NCBI GenBank assembly: GCA_036172245.1
Contig: JAYWIR010000012.1
Location: 186,001-250,000 of the forward strand
Reading direction: 5' to 3'
Length of the DNA: 64,000 nt
DNA from: Raillietiella orientalis
Lineage: Eukaryota
This document shows, one piece after another, positions 36,001 to 47,244 of the stretch (position 1 is its first letter; each line of letters opens with the position of its first letter). A program made the position numbers and the translations under genes. The notes under the pieces are model-generated. The model did not search any database and had not been told where the DNA came from. It was given only the letters and a program-made list of their open reading frames with translations.

Positions 36001-39000
36001 GGAGTTGTTGTTTTTTCACCGGCTGGACTTTTTCACTTGTTGATGCGTTGGCCTCTAAGAGCAAAACAGATGCTGAACCCTTGCAATCGAAGAAATAATG
36101 AAGATACAAAAAAAACCGACACAGAAATCGGCGTCGCGAAGGTGAAGGGGGAACTGATGCTATGTGATAACATACTGGTGTACACGACAGCACGGTACGT
36201 TAAGAGTGTCGTCATCATACCGTTGGTTCGTTCGGTCACATGGAGATCCATCAGAATTTCATCAATGATGGCGAAGCAAATATGCAAGTACTCCTTTGGA
36301 AGGAAAGGTCGAGATGGAAAAGTCGAGAAGGTGCAGCGATTTACAAGGAAACGATCAAGTGCCCCAGGATCGCGAAAGCACCCACGTTCACCCAAGGAAA
36401 CTGCCAGAGGCTACAGAGACTGGATGCTGCTGGAATGCTCTGGTGGAACACCCGAAAAACTAACACCAGCTTGAATCCATGTTCGAATCGCGGTTCGGCT
36501 TGTTCGGTCGGAATCTGCCGGTGTGTTCCGCTGAGATGACGAGGCGCGGTGGATCTCCTGGTCTCGTTCTCTCGTCCAACGCTGCCGCGGTTGACCATCC
36601 AGAGACCAACCAAAAAAGTTCACCTGATGGATTGATTATGCTGACAAGAACGAAGATTTTGCGTGTCCGTGAGCTGACGCTCGATTCTTTGGTACGTACT
36701 TTGTGCGAAGGATTTCACTATGTGGATGACCTATCCCTTTGTGAGGAAGGGTCGATGCACACAGCAGCAATCCATGTGTCTGCGTTACCGTGACAACCGA
36801 TTTTCCTTAAAAGATCTTCTCCAGGTTCTTTCTTATTTCCTTCAGCTGTAAGCAGTTGCTGGTGCATCTTTTAAGTAGTGGCTAAAGCGCAGGACTTCCT
36901 GAATGCCATAAAATTAGCAGCCATCAAAGAAGGTACAGTAAAAGAGGGAAGGCATGTGCGCACCGAGAATACGAATCATCCACTCAGTAATTGTGGAAGC
37001 CTTTCACAATTAAATTGGGTCCCTTCCGTTGTCTGATGCAAGGCATCTTGTAAACTCTCATAACATAAGGATAGGTGCCTTTGGGGCGCAAGGGAGTGTC
37101 AACAGCTTCTCACCGAAAGACTGATATCTGGTCGTTCATTTTTTTTACTCTTAGTTCACAGTTTCCCTGAAGCGGGATCGACGGATTCTGCTTCCCGTTG
37201 ACTGTCAGAAAGGAAAATTTAGTGCCATTAAACATCGAAGTGCTGGAACATGATTTCTTTGTAACTGCGCAACCAAATCGTTGTCGTTAGGTAAAACGGA
37301 AGTCCCCTTTTCCGACTTACCTGAACAGCAGACACCGAAACCGGAGGCGCAGCCTTCTAGAATCGTTCCTCCATGCTGAAGGCACTCGTTCAAGGAAACG
37401 CAGGTCCCGTTTTCGGCATTCCTGGAGCACGTGTTCTCGAATCTCACAACGGAAAGCAAAGTTCTATTGAAGACTGGAAGAGTGGTTTCCTCAATAAACG
37501 TCAGAAGCGCCTTTGGAAGATTTCAGTGTTGCCAAGTTTCATCCACACAGGGGAACTGCCGGGTGTTCGCGCTCGAAACAGAATCGCGTTCGGTGCATCG
37601 GGTTGTCGCGTTCCCTTCGTGCGAGTAACAAGGAAAATCCTAAAGGGATGGACCCACCCCTGTGTAAGAGCAGCAAGCACGCGGGACTAGCAGGAAGAGT
37701 GACGCACGGGACGTTCCCAAACAGTGGAAAACATGTTCCCTCCTGACGCGCGATAGGTCCGTTGACCAATAACGCTATGAGCAAGCAGTGCTGGGCGTCA
37801 TTTTCGCTTCTCCCTTTGGATAGGGAAACCACCCTGCAGCTTGCTTGTTCGACACGATGGCCATCTCTGGACCCTTCGAGTTGCCGGATTTCTTCGAGGC
37901 ATTGCTCTGACGGGATGTGATAACGAGTAATGATTCCGCAGTTCCTGCTCCACTCTTCTCTCTCTTTTCCTTTGTATTTCTGAACGTCATTCTTGTGGCT
38001 GTGCTTCGCAAGGCAAGAAAATGCGTCAGTGCTGCAAAGCGATGGATGTCGCAAGAATTACCACAAGTGAAACAAAGAGACTTTATTTCTATCGTCCTCT
38101 CTGCTTCCAGCGATAGGTGGGGTGTGAGATCCCTGCTTTAAAACTAGGATTTGGGTTTCCAGCTTCTTCTTTCGCTTCGCATTACTCTTCCGGTGCGAGA
38201 GGGTGTGAGCCGCACGGTGGTGGCGGTCCGAAAAGAGAACTCGGAGCGATAGAGCAGTTGTCGAGTCGGAGGGGCAGAGATGACCTGCATCGCGACCTTG
38301 AAGATGCTCCGCGCCGAAAACTTCAGCGTTACAAAAAATGTATACGGTTCGAACGCTTCCGAACCTCAAAGACAGAAGTACAGAACACGCCAGACAGCAT
38401 CCGATCTGATCTGGTTCAAACTGTTTGGTTTCTAGAGAGTCTTGTGACTTGGAAGGATTGCGTCTGTTCTTTCTCGGTCGTCCGACCGGTGAAGTAGATG
38501 TGCCTCGACCAGTACGCGTGTGCCACGGCACATAACTCGCTACACTTGAGACAGCAGCAAGATGAACAAGCACCAAAGAGGGCAGAGGAACGTATGCGAG
38601 AGACCAATCGGAAACGCCAAAGCGATCGAGATGAAAAGATGAAGATGCACGGCCGCCGCCGTCCAAGCGATCACAAAGAACGCAAATGGTTGGACCAGAA
38701 CTGCAGATAGGCAACTGTGGTTGTTCGGCCTGCAACAGAACAAGGTCCAGAGAGGAACTACGCATCGGCGAATGGACTCTTTGAGGGGGAAGTCCCTTCG
38801 AAGAATGCGTATGGGCAGTGCTGGCGACGGACCGCAGTTTTAATACGATCTCCAAGCGCCAAAGCGTAGCCATTTGGCTATTTCGCGAGTACAATTTCAG
38901 AGGACCCGGAGAATGTATAGGTTCGTATTGCATGTTGTAAACGGAACAAGTAAGACTGAAGGCAGCGAATAAACTCGTTGTTGTCTGTTTTTTTTACTTT

Positions 39001-41820
39001 AGAAGGCGTGATTCACGCAAATCCTCTCCTTCAGACTGGAGCCGGTCTTTTCTCTCCTTTTAGGGTTTTCCCGCCTCGAACGTTTCGCTTCTGTACTACT
39101 CTGGATTTCAAAATGGCTTCCTGCAAGGGGTGCAAAGAAGTCTGCCTGCAGGATGTGAAAGGAGAAACCTGTCGAGATTCCAGAATCCGGGAGATGTTTG
39201 AGAGACAGAAACAGAAGGAAAAAAAAAACAACAACCACAAATTAAGAACGATATTCTCTAATGAACAAATGAGTATAAGTACATAGGTAATAATTATATT
39301 TGTGAGCCGACAGGTGTTCCTCCTCCCTTTTAAACAATTCCAAGGTCTTTAAGATCTCCGAAAATTCCCCTTAAATTCCTTACAAGTTCCATTTAAGGTT
39401 TGGACCTTCGAAGATGAATTTGCATGGCAAGCCTGCAACTTTTCAAGAGGCCCTTTTGAGGCGCGGGAACACGAATGAAGCACCGAATCAGAACCTTAGA
39501 AAAGGTGCAAGGTTAGCCGTGCATGTCTCTAGTCCGAGCTGCTGTTTCGTTTGTCCTCTTTGCAGAATGACCAGAGCACCCGAGAGTTCGGTTGAACGGG
39601 GGATTTCGCGGACACGCCGAAGAAGCAAAAAACGGAACGTAGCCACGTAATGAGACACGAATCATCTCCTGGAGGCAGCGCAGAAAGTGCGGCTGCCCAG
39701 CTGGAGGAAGCCGCGATTAAGAGATCGTGGGCCGCTTCTGACGAAAGAAATCCTCTAGTCACGGTGGGAGCTGGTCGAACGCGGGAGTGTTCAAGAAACC
39801 TGAGGTCCTCCGAAGCCCTCGAGCAGCCATCAACTTCTCGCCTGTGTTGAAATCCACTCGCCGCACAGGCTCTTTGGACCGGAACTTCAATCCGTCGTCC
39901 TCCCTCGATCCCACAGCAGAAGGAAGTGCCATCCTACCCAGACAGCCATTTTGGCCTTTCCGAAACCCTGAAGTCTTTTCAGGATTCGGGATTGCTCACC
40001 ATTCCTTTCCGACGGAGGGGAAAAAGCAATTTTTTGCGCACACTAGGCATGCTGCAGTCGCCTTGGGTCTTTAGGATCATAGCATGGACCCACCACGTGT
40101 TTGCCGTAGGATCAGATGCTGACCCTCGACCACCATAACCATGGCCATTTCTGCAGGCATCGAAATCTTCCGATGATTTGGCACCCTGCCCGGATCAATA
40201 ATTCCTCTCAGCATCCCTCCCCTCCTGTTTTAAGTCTTGGAGTTGGTTGCCCCATTCTACATTGGGGGACCAACCAGAATCACCCTACGCAACTCATCCG
40301 TCGACACGTTACTTCGCGGTGCCTATTGCGTCGTAGCACATTTCCACTGTGTCTTATCCACAGGGGCCGCACCTACAACCATCTCTGCTTTATCCAGTGA
40401 TGTCCACTATCGACTGGCCTATCTCTCGACGATTTCTCACTCAACAACCAATCCATCTCGACATTCATCTCTTCAGATGGAACATGAGCACCTCGCATCC
40501 ACACATCGGCGCATCTACAGTATCAGTTGGAGGTGGTTTGGGGGCGCAACGGAAATCCCTCAAAGGAAACGTTTCAGAATGACGGTTTAGGCTTTATAAT
40601 GAAACACTGTGAGAACACGGTGAGGAACCAAGTGCGGAAAGACGGCACCAGCAAGCATCTTAGGACCAAGGCGGTGCTTGGGTAAGAATCTGCTCCCCTC
40701 TCACCTCCCTCTGAACGAAAGGATGCGAGCAGGCAAGAAATGCTTCAGGGAACCTGCATTACCCCAAAGGTTTATTTCCGATTCCATTCAGTTTACTACA
40801 CAGCACTTGCTCATGAGACTGTTTTCTGCGAAGGTTGCTGCTACTTGGAAGACCTCGGTCGCTGAATTCAAAAAACCATCAGAAAGCTAACGATGATAAT
40901 TCCCCCCCCCCCCCGAACCAATTAGCTGAGTACTAAGCAGCGCACTGATCGTGAATAACCAAATGATTATCGACCGCTTGTGAGACATCAGGAGAAGCAA
41001 TTCAGAGCATCCACTTGAGAGAGTGGAGGCACACTGATGATGATGGAACAGTTTTTTGTTAGATGCGAAAGCAGAGAACCAACTTATCATCACGATCGAT
41101 ATGAAACGAGCGCTCAAGATCAGATGTGACTTCATGTAAAAACCCTGTGGTTTCCATGGATTCGCTGAACAGCAAAGTGCCAGCCCACTGAAGGAATGAT
41201 TTCCAAGGGGTCCGGTCCAAAAATCCTGAATGCCGAAAGCCGAAAAACAAATACGTATGTGCTTATTTCACATAGACCAATCCATTTTAATATACATAGT
41301 TATTCATATATACTAACAATACTATTATTATGGTAGAGCTATTTATTAATTCATTTATTAAGATTCAGTGACATACTTTTTATTAATAAAATTAATAATT
41401 TGTTGATTATATTGTTGACATATATATATATAATCTTTATTATATGTATATATACAATAAAGATTATGAAGAATAAATAAATCCATACGCTTATTATAAA
41501 TATTGATATATGCAGTTATATAAGATGTATGGACTAATATATATCATGAAGATTATATAAAATAAATATATATGCTTATTATATATATCCGTATGTATTC
41601 AATGAATGTATAAATATCGAATTCTTAAGCATGAAAAATATGGAAGACAATAAAAATGCAAGCAAATTGAACAAAAAAGAAACTTTCATATTCACTCACT
41701 TATTAAATATGTTCCTTACATATATAAGTATGAACATATGCATATTTGCAAATATATATGTATGTATATGTGTATATATGCATATACATATGCTTGTTTC
41801 TATTTTCTTCTCATAGTTAT

Positions 41821-41851
<31 letters not shown>

Positions 41852-44725
41852 TGACGTATATAATCTTTCTCATACATATCAACGATGCAATCAGCGACTT
41901 ATTAATCTTAATGAAATGTAAACTACTAAATCATGATAAATACATCTCTTCCAATAATACGAACGTTAATATACAATAACTATGCCATTAAAATCAATTT
42001 TTATATCAATCTATGTAAAATGAGCATATACGTATTTATTTTTCATGATCGTTCGGGAATTTCGACTGGCATCGCTTTCCCAGAATGCACCTGGATTTGC
42101 GTGCAGACTCAACGTAATGAGCACTTTGCCGGTAGCAGTGCTGCACCTCGTGGTCATCGTACATGCAGATCGAATATTGCTTTGATCACCAAACACAAAA
42201 GCATCACCAGCAATGCATGTATTTTCGATGCCAGTATGACATTGCTCATTCTCTCGGGATGTTCGACTTTTTCCAATCTTCAGCTTCAAACATTCGTTTG
42301 CATTGCTGGGAGGCCGCTACATCAACGCATGTAGAAAGACACACTTATTTTCAAGGGAAGCCAGTTTCTGGGAAGTGGAAATGGAGAAAAAGTGAAGAAT
42401 GGACATGCCATTTATGTTTTATGATTTTATTGTGCTCTTTAAAAGTGTTTCTCCTTTATTTTCCTATTGGTCATTTCTGTTTCCTATTTTCCCTCTGCAT
42501 TACCGCAGTGCCAACAAAACTAATACGGTACCAAATTATTGTTCTGCATCCTCAGTGGCGCACCTTAAAAACCATAGCATGGAATGGAATACACGGAACA
42601 AACTGCCACGCACCCTCCACGACCTTTCCGGAAGCCATATTGCTTTTCTAACAGGCATTTACGAAATGCCAAGTCAGGTTTCATTTTTTTTCTCATCTAC
42701 GGCACTCTCGAAAACCAATGCTTCTTGCTTTAATTGCTCTAAAGAGCGCCTGTTTCCAAGAGGCAAACAGAGGATAAAAGAGGGAGCTTTCTCTCCGGGA
42801 GGTCGCTAATCAAGGAGTGTAGTCCGCTGCGTGATCCAGCAGGACAGAGGTGCGCAGTTGTTTGGTCATAGAGGGGACCGAAAATAACGGAAAAGAAAAT
42901 CATTCGAATTATTTATAGGCGAAATGAGGGAAAGATTACCAGGATGGGAAGAGGAAACTTTCAAAATATCAGGGGGAAGGTATGTCGATGCTTCTCCGCG
43001 TTCCCCATTCCCCACGGAAACCTCTCTTTCCTTATCGTGCCCCTCGACTCAAAAACCTTCTGGGGATTTGGTCAATCGACAGAGCGACCAAGTATCCTAC
43101 TGTGGATTCGAAACGAAGGAAAACGCTTTGCTGGTTGGTCTCTTAGATGTTTCCATGGTATCCGTAAAGCTCTCCTGAAGAACTAACTTTTGAGTCTTCC
43201 CCCTTTAGTGTTCCTCCTCCTTGTGCCTGCTGAAGGCCACCCGAAGGTGCATGCGACTCAGTTAGGGAGCAACCCCGAAGGGACCGCCCTAATCAGTCCA
43301 GGCAGGCTTCGAAGATGAAGTCCGTTCCTCTCTTGACCCTTGGGAGGGAACCTTCACCCTGGTTGCCTTCGAGGAACCGGGGAAGGATCGGCTCCTGATT
43401 TCTCCTCCTTTACGTCTGTTCCTTGCCCTTCATGCCAATCCTGCTGGAATCACCTACCGTCGAAGCATCGGACAATGGGAAAAAAACCTCTTGACAAGCT
43501 TTCAACTGTTGTCGGAGGAGTTCGCCGTGCTGCATGGGTGGAGTAGCAGAGTTGGTTTCACTCGGTAGCGTACCGAGTCTGCGCCCATATTTAGTTCTTG
43601 AACTCCGGCGACGGCCTCTACGAGACTATCTCCGAGCCCAAAGAGTTCTTGGTCGAGCGCTTTCAGCGCCATAAGGACTGCTTGGATTTCCGAGACCGGT
43701 CGGGAGAGGAATGCATATACTTCAGGGGAAAAATCGCCATTCTCTGAAGGCTGCGGGGAAAAGCGTCACCACATGGGTTCGCGGCAAGAAGACAAGGAAG
43801 CAGAGAATGCGCGGAACTGAACCGAGAACGGCTGAGCCAGACTCCGATGAACGGGTTGCTCTCCGGTGGCGGTGGTTACGATCTGGTGCTCAATTCCGAT
43901 CACTCGAAACGGTCGCAGCATCGGAAGGTCGCGCTTCACTCTTTCCTCAAGAGGTGCTCAGAGATCATTCGTGGAGTGCTCACTTGGAATGGCACGCCAA
44001 AGAGACTTCGTTTTTTACAGCTGGAGAAGGACTCCGGAAGGAAGAGGATCCGGAAGGTCAACTTTCAAACCCGGTGACCAGTCGACGCGGGGATATCCCC
44101 GGTTTCCGACTTCCACCAGCGTCTCACCTGAATAGGCCAACCAGTGCCATCCTGCGGGAGGAACTCGAAACCGGCGCCGCAGCGTTTCTCTCGGCGTCTA
44201 TCCTCAGCTTGGGGATTCGAACCCGCAACGCTTGGTACCACTCGCGGAATTCGCATCCACGCGGCCGCCAACGTGAGCTGCTTTCAAAGACGCAACCGCG
44301 TGCTCTGAAAACACGTTAGAGGAGCGCTTCAGAAACCACATCGAACGGCGTCGGTTCATGAACCGAAGTCGAGCAGGTCGAAAAGCCCGCTTTGAAACAG
44401 TCCGTCCCGGCTACGACTTGAAGCGAGGAAGGCGGGGGCGGTCATTTCGCCGAAGCGAGGACTTCCGGAACGGAGCAGCAGCAGCGCTCTTTTCAACACC
44501 CTGGAGAGGCGACCCCCCCCCCCCCCCGAGTCGATCGATTAGCCTCTCTCCGTCGAACGCATTCCTCCACCGTCCCGCCGGCCGAAAAGGGGCGAGCCAG
44601 GAACCACTCCGGAACGGCGCGAACTTACGGTTTCTCGTGAACTGAAAGACGGAAGTTCTGTTGATGCTCGGCGCTCTCGCCTCCAGGATGGCGTTCACGA
44701 GCAGCAGCCTCACCGAGAGATGCAT
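33031..44725 (-). CDS. Cys-rich CUB-like domain protein, paralog B (7 exons, 377 aa)
   Basis: Exons 44629-44725, 37321-37473, 37114-37264, 34973-35106, 34784-34909, 33193-33558 and 33031-33137. All GT-AG, with phases identical to paralog A (1134 nt). Motifs SVVRFEN, GTCVSLNEC, GCASGFGVCC, PVICGE..DQH, CLQYF, LANQKYSICIRQEIGYC, RFCG, PFILRFFTD, GFCLHY. Exon 1 is assigned from its AGAAACC|gtaag end, which mirrors paralog A (AGAAACA|gtaag), and is the least certain. Confidence 0.87.
38500..38965 (+). mobile_element. Possible Helitron RepHel N-terminal relic
   Basis: Arg/Glu-rich RAEERMRETNRKRQSDRDEKMKMHGRRR followed by a degenerate ...CC.NG.V.L-like segment. Weak. Confidence 0.25.
41218..42063. 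mobile_element. AT-rich foldback/MITE-like element, copy 3 (intron 1 of paralog B)
   Basis: Left end ...gaaaaacaaatacgtatgtgcttatttcacataga resembles the reverse complement of the right end, ...gaaaaataaatacgtatatgctcattttacataga. The arms match copies 1 and 2. Confidence 0.75.
42240..42500 (+). repeat. Dispersed direct repeat, copy 1 (second copy at ~48835-49090)
   Basis: gaggccgc...gtagaaaga...agggaag.cagtttct...ggaaatgga...tggacatgcc...ctcctttat.ttcctattggtcattt is shared between the two loci. Confidence 0.8.
43235..44280 (-). mobile_element. SINE-like element pieces: tail (43235-43390) and head plus body (43940-44280)
   Basis: Head GCGGGTTCGAATCCCC...GGTTTCGAGTTCCTCCCGCAGGATGGCACTGGTTGGCC. 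Tail GGGCGGTCCCTTCGGGGTTGCTCCCTAACTGAGTCGCATGCACCTTCGGGTGG. Confidence 0.65.
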
Positions 44726-45454
44726 CTTCTTCCAAAGAGGATGGCGAACGATTAGGCTGGGGCAGGGAGGAATCGCAGGGCAGGGTTCACAACACGGGCA
44801 ATCTGAAAGCGAAAGCCACCATCACCCCTCCGTGCGCAACCTGATCTTCCGTTCCGCGTGGAAATTCGCAAGCAAAAGTTTCGGCCTACCTCATCTCGCG
44901 TGGAAACGACCGCGATCCTAGCCACCTGAAGATCTGTATTACAGTGATGAAAGAGAACGCATTTCTCACTGTTGACAAGCTATCATTACTTCGAGATTAC
45001 AGCTCTGGTAGTGTCATCGAACTCTTCCTTTCTGGGTCCGTGGGTGTGCCATGGAGATGGAGTTTGGGGAAGACCTCTGACAGGGCGGTCTGATTGTAGA
45101 TGGAACGCATTCTGCCGGGATGGATCCCTGGTTGCCTGGAGGCCCTCTCTCCTCCCTCTCACGCATTTACGGAAACCAGCCCAGGCTGCCGGCTGTTCAC
45201 GGGAGTGATGGACGTTGTACGCCCCACGCGACGCCTGCAAAAACTCGCGGGTGCGTGTCGCACGTGCCCACGAGGACTTGTAACCATTCCAGGGTTTTCA
45301 AAGCGGCCAACCTGGGAAGGAGGTGCGGACGGAGGAAACCAGCTGGACATCAGTCAGAATGAAGACGTGCTATCTGCCGTCTGTTGGTTTGTTGCTGTTT
45401 TTTTTTTCTTTTTCTGAAAGGCCAGTACGGGCACATCGTTGCTATTGGCCTAGT

Positions 45455-46270
45455 GTGATTATCACCCGGTTATTCAGGGGCGTTTATTACGCGAAGTAAT
45501 AAAAATACATTGGTGTAGTAGAACTCATTGGTCTGCGTGCCGCTCTTTGGCGGCACGCAGACCGGCGAGGTCCGCTTCGGCAGCGTGGGGGGAGGGGAAA
45601 CAGAAAAAAAAATAAACATACAAAACAGAGGAGGGAAACTTATACACGGGGAGGGGAGGGGAGAATCGAGGAAGGGACCACAGAACGCTGCCCGGCGTCC
45701 TCTGTATCCTTCCAAGATGCTGGCAAGTTCTGCCCGTGTCTCGCCCAGGTGGGACCATCTCGAGTCGACCTTCGGGAAGACCCGCGCTCAGCGGATGGCG
45801 TCTCTGCCATTCCGGTCTCTTCTTCCTGTATTCCAGGCCGCCAAGATCCCTCGAAGACAGCAGAGGACTGCAAGTAATGCGGCTGTCGGCAGTGCGGCAC
45901 CACACACGGACAGACGCCTAAAAATGTCCCTGGAACCACGCGCCGGGAATCCTGGGGTCGTCGCGAGGCAATCCCAAGGAGGTCGGAGGGCGGCACAATC
46001 CACCAGCAGGTGCGGGAGGGACACCTTCTCCCCGCACCTGCTGCACCGAACATCCATGCTCCCCCTCCCCCCCTGTGCCCAATGGTGAAGGCGCGCTTTC
46101 CATGAGATTCCTCCATGCACCACCAGCAGCACCAACTCCTGCCACTTGAAGGGGAGGGTGCCACTGCTCCAGCACAACCGCTTCACCTCCTCCGGAGGGC
46201 TTCCCCAGCAGCTCTCCCCAGAGTACAAGTCCTTGGGGTGGGATACTTAGGGTCGCAGAGTCCGTCACTT
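45455..46270 (-). mobile_element. L1/Tx1-like LINE 3' fragment, best preserved
   Basis: LPFKWQELVLLVVHGGI...RCSRCGEKVSLPHLLVDC (C-terminal zinc knuckle of L1-clade ORF2), then 3' UTR and AATAAA...CCGGGTGA. Confidence 0.85.
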
Positions 46271-46496
46271 CCCGAGTTGTCCCCCCCTCCCCCCCCTAGA
46301 AGTTTCTTTGCTGCTAAGCACTTCCCACCTCGCCGGAATTACGCTGTCCCTTGTGTCCCTTTGGGATGGTAGCACTGGGGAAAGGGGGGGGTGGACCTAG
46401 GATGATGGATATACCCTTTGGAATTCTGTTTTTGCTGCTTTTCTTCCAACTTTCATCTTTCTTTTTTTTTGGTTCGCCAAGTGCTGTAAAATCGTG

Positions 46497-46895
46497 CGCC
46501 TAGGGGCTCACGAAGCTCTTCAAGGGGACTGGAAGTTGGCCTGCCGAGATTCCCCTCCGGTTGTGAAAATGGAGCCGTACCATGGAGCCGGTGGATGCTT
46601 TCCTCGTGGGGTTGCCTCTCCAGCGTGTTAAGAAGAGTGCTGCTCTCTTAGGAGTTCTCTTCAGGGGAGGTGGAAACGAGTTCCTTTGTTCCCTTGCGCG
46701 TTCCCTCCGGAGAAGAAATGAGGAGTGGGCCCCCACAAATCAGGGGGTCCCTCCGGGGAGAATAAGTTCCCTCTGGAGACAGCTTTCCCGGATTTCAAAG
46801 GGTGGTCCCTACGGGGTCCCCCCCTTACTCCAAGAATCACATGCACCCTCGGGGAACACGGATAGTGCTTCAAGAGCTCCGTGATGCCCTAGGCG
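46497..46895 (+). mobile_element. 5'-truncated SINE-like copy capped by an inverted copy of its own tail
   Basis: 46497-46524 is the reverse complement of 46868-46895 (24/28 matches). The interior is body plus tail of the element. Confidence 0.75.
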
Positions 46896-47244
46896 AATAG
46901 CTCTTGAGAACCAAGAAAACAAAAAAAGCTCCAGTACAGTCGGACAAGCATTGATTCGATCTGGAAGCTCGGCGCAGCCCTGGCTTCCTTCCCAAAGGGC
47001 TGCCAAGTCTGTATTCTGATTTGGCGCAGGAACTTTGAAAATTTTATCGAATCGCGCTAACGTTTATTGAAATCTTCATTTTCTTCTCTACAAACTCCAA
47101 GGACGCACTATCTTCCACAAATAGGATCAAATGATACGTCCTCTGATGCTGGATCCTTCACGATTGCCATGTTCTCTGGAAAAGTCGGCGTCTTCACGGA
47201 AGCCTGGAAACGGGTGCTCACGCTTTCGGGATCTATGGAAGCAA

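Noticed and set aside
38058..38933. 291-aa - strand ORF
   Set aside because: No recognisable motif; likely the shadow of a purine-rich + strand relic.
40887..41135. Hydrophobic ORF considered as exon 1 of paralog B
   Set aside because: Donor sites are weak. 44629-44725 has a strong donor and matches the end of paralog A exon 1.
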